This document shows, piece after piece, positions 63,600 to 64,000 of a stretch of 64,000 bases of DNA. Each line of letters starts with the position of its first letter. The first letter of the stretch is position 1. Both the position numbers and the translations under genes were made by a program. Source of the DNA: Callorhinchus milii (lineage: Eukaryota). The DNA lies in assembly GCF_018977255.1 (NCBI RefSeq), contig NW_024704742.1, positions 88,848,001 to 88,912,000 of the forward strand. The letters are read 5' to 3'. The notes beneath the pieces were generated by a model, which did not search any database, had not been told where the DNA came from, and saw nothing but the letters and a program-made list of their open reading frames with translations.

Positions 63600-64000
63600 T
63601 CCCTTGTTTAGAAATGGCGAGCATCCCACCTGCCTTTTCTTTACTGGATTATTGTTTTAAATGCAATTTGTGGTAACCAGAGTGACTATTAACTTTTTCT
63701 TGTTGAATGTTTGTTTTCAGCCAAAGAGAAAAGAAGCCTCTGCTGTTTCTGGGCCGAAAATAACTTTTAAGCAATTGCCAAACTTAGGTCCTGAGATCAC
63801 CTAAGAGTGGGGCAGGTGGCATCAGGATTCTGGCTCACAAATTGCCTGCAGTTCACTCATTGCCTGCCAATTAGAGAGATACTGTCTATATATACCCCCT
63901 AAAAAGCAATGGAAAACTGAGAACAACACATACACAGGTTCATTCAATGTTAAATACTGAATGCACTTCTACATTGTTCCCATTGACAACACACTCAGCA

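Overview
Eukaryotic, repeat-dense intronic or intergenic vertebrate DNA. The repeat repertoire (L2 and CR1 LINEs, Deu-domain tRNA-SINEs) suggests a cartilaginous fish; this is inference, not a database result. No host gene could be named, and nearly all long ORFs in the track are LINE-derived or antisense artefacts of C-rich LINE DNA. Main contents: (1) one apparently full-length single-ORF L2 LINE (48627-52360, 7-bp TSD, GC-rich structured leader) plus many truncated L2 copies of several subfamilies; (2) CR1 fragments; (3) an old Deu-domain SINE and a younger tRNA-Ala-headed SINE, both carrying the L2-type 3' stem-loop with compensatory base changes; (4) a Harbinger transposase fossil and an 82-bp hAT MITE; (5) six copies of an unclassified ancient repeat; (6) a few candidate exons and a strong CTCF motif. 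The best leads are a 7-nt frameshift shared by two independent young L2 insertions, short L2 tail copies starting at the same nucleotide, the L2 leader, and a modular SINE lineage. I found no convincing wholly new biological system. Boundaries of degraded repeats are approximate.
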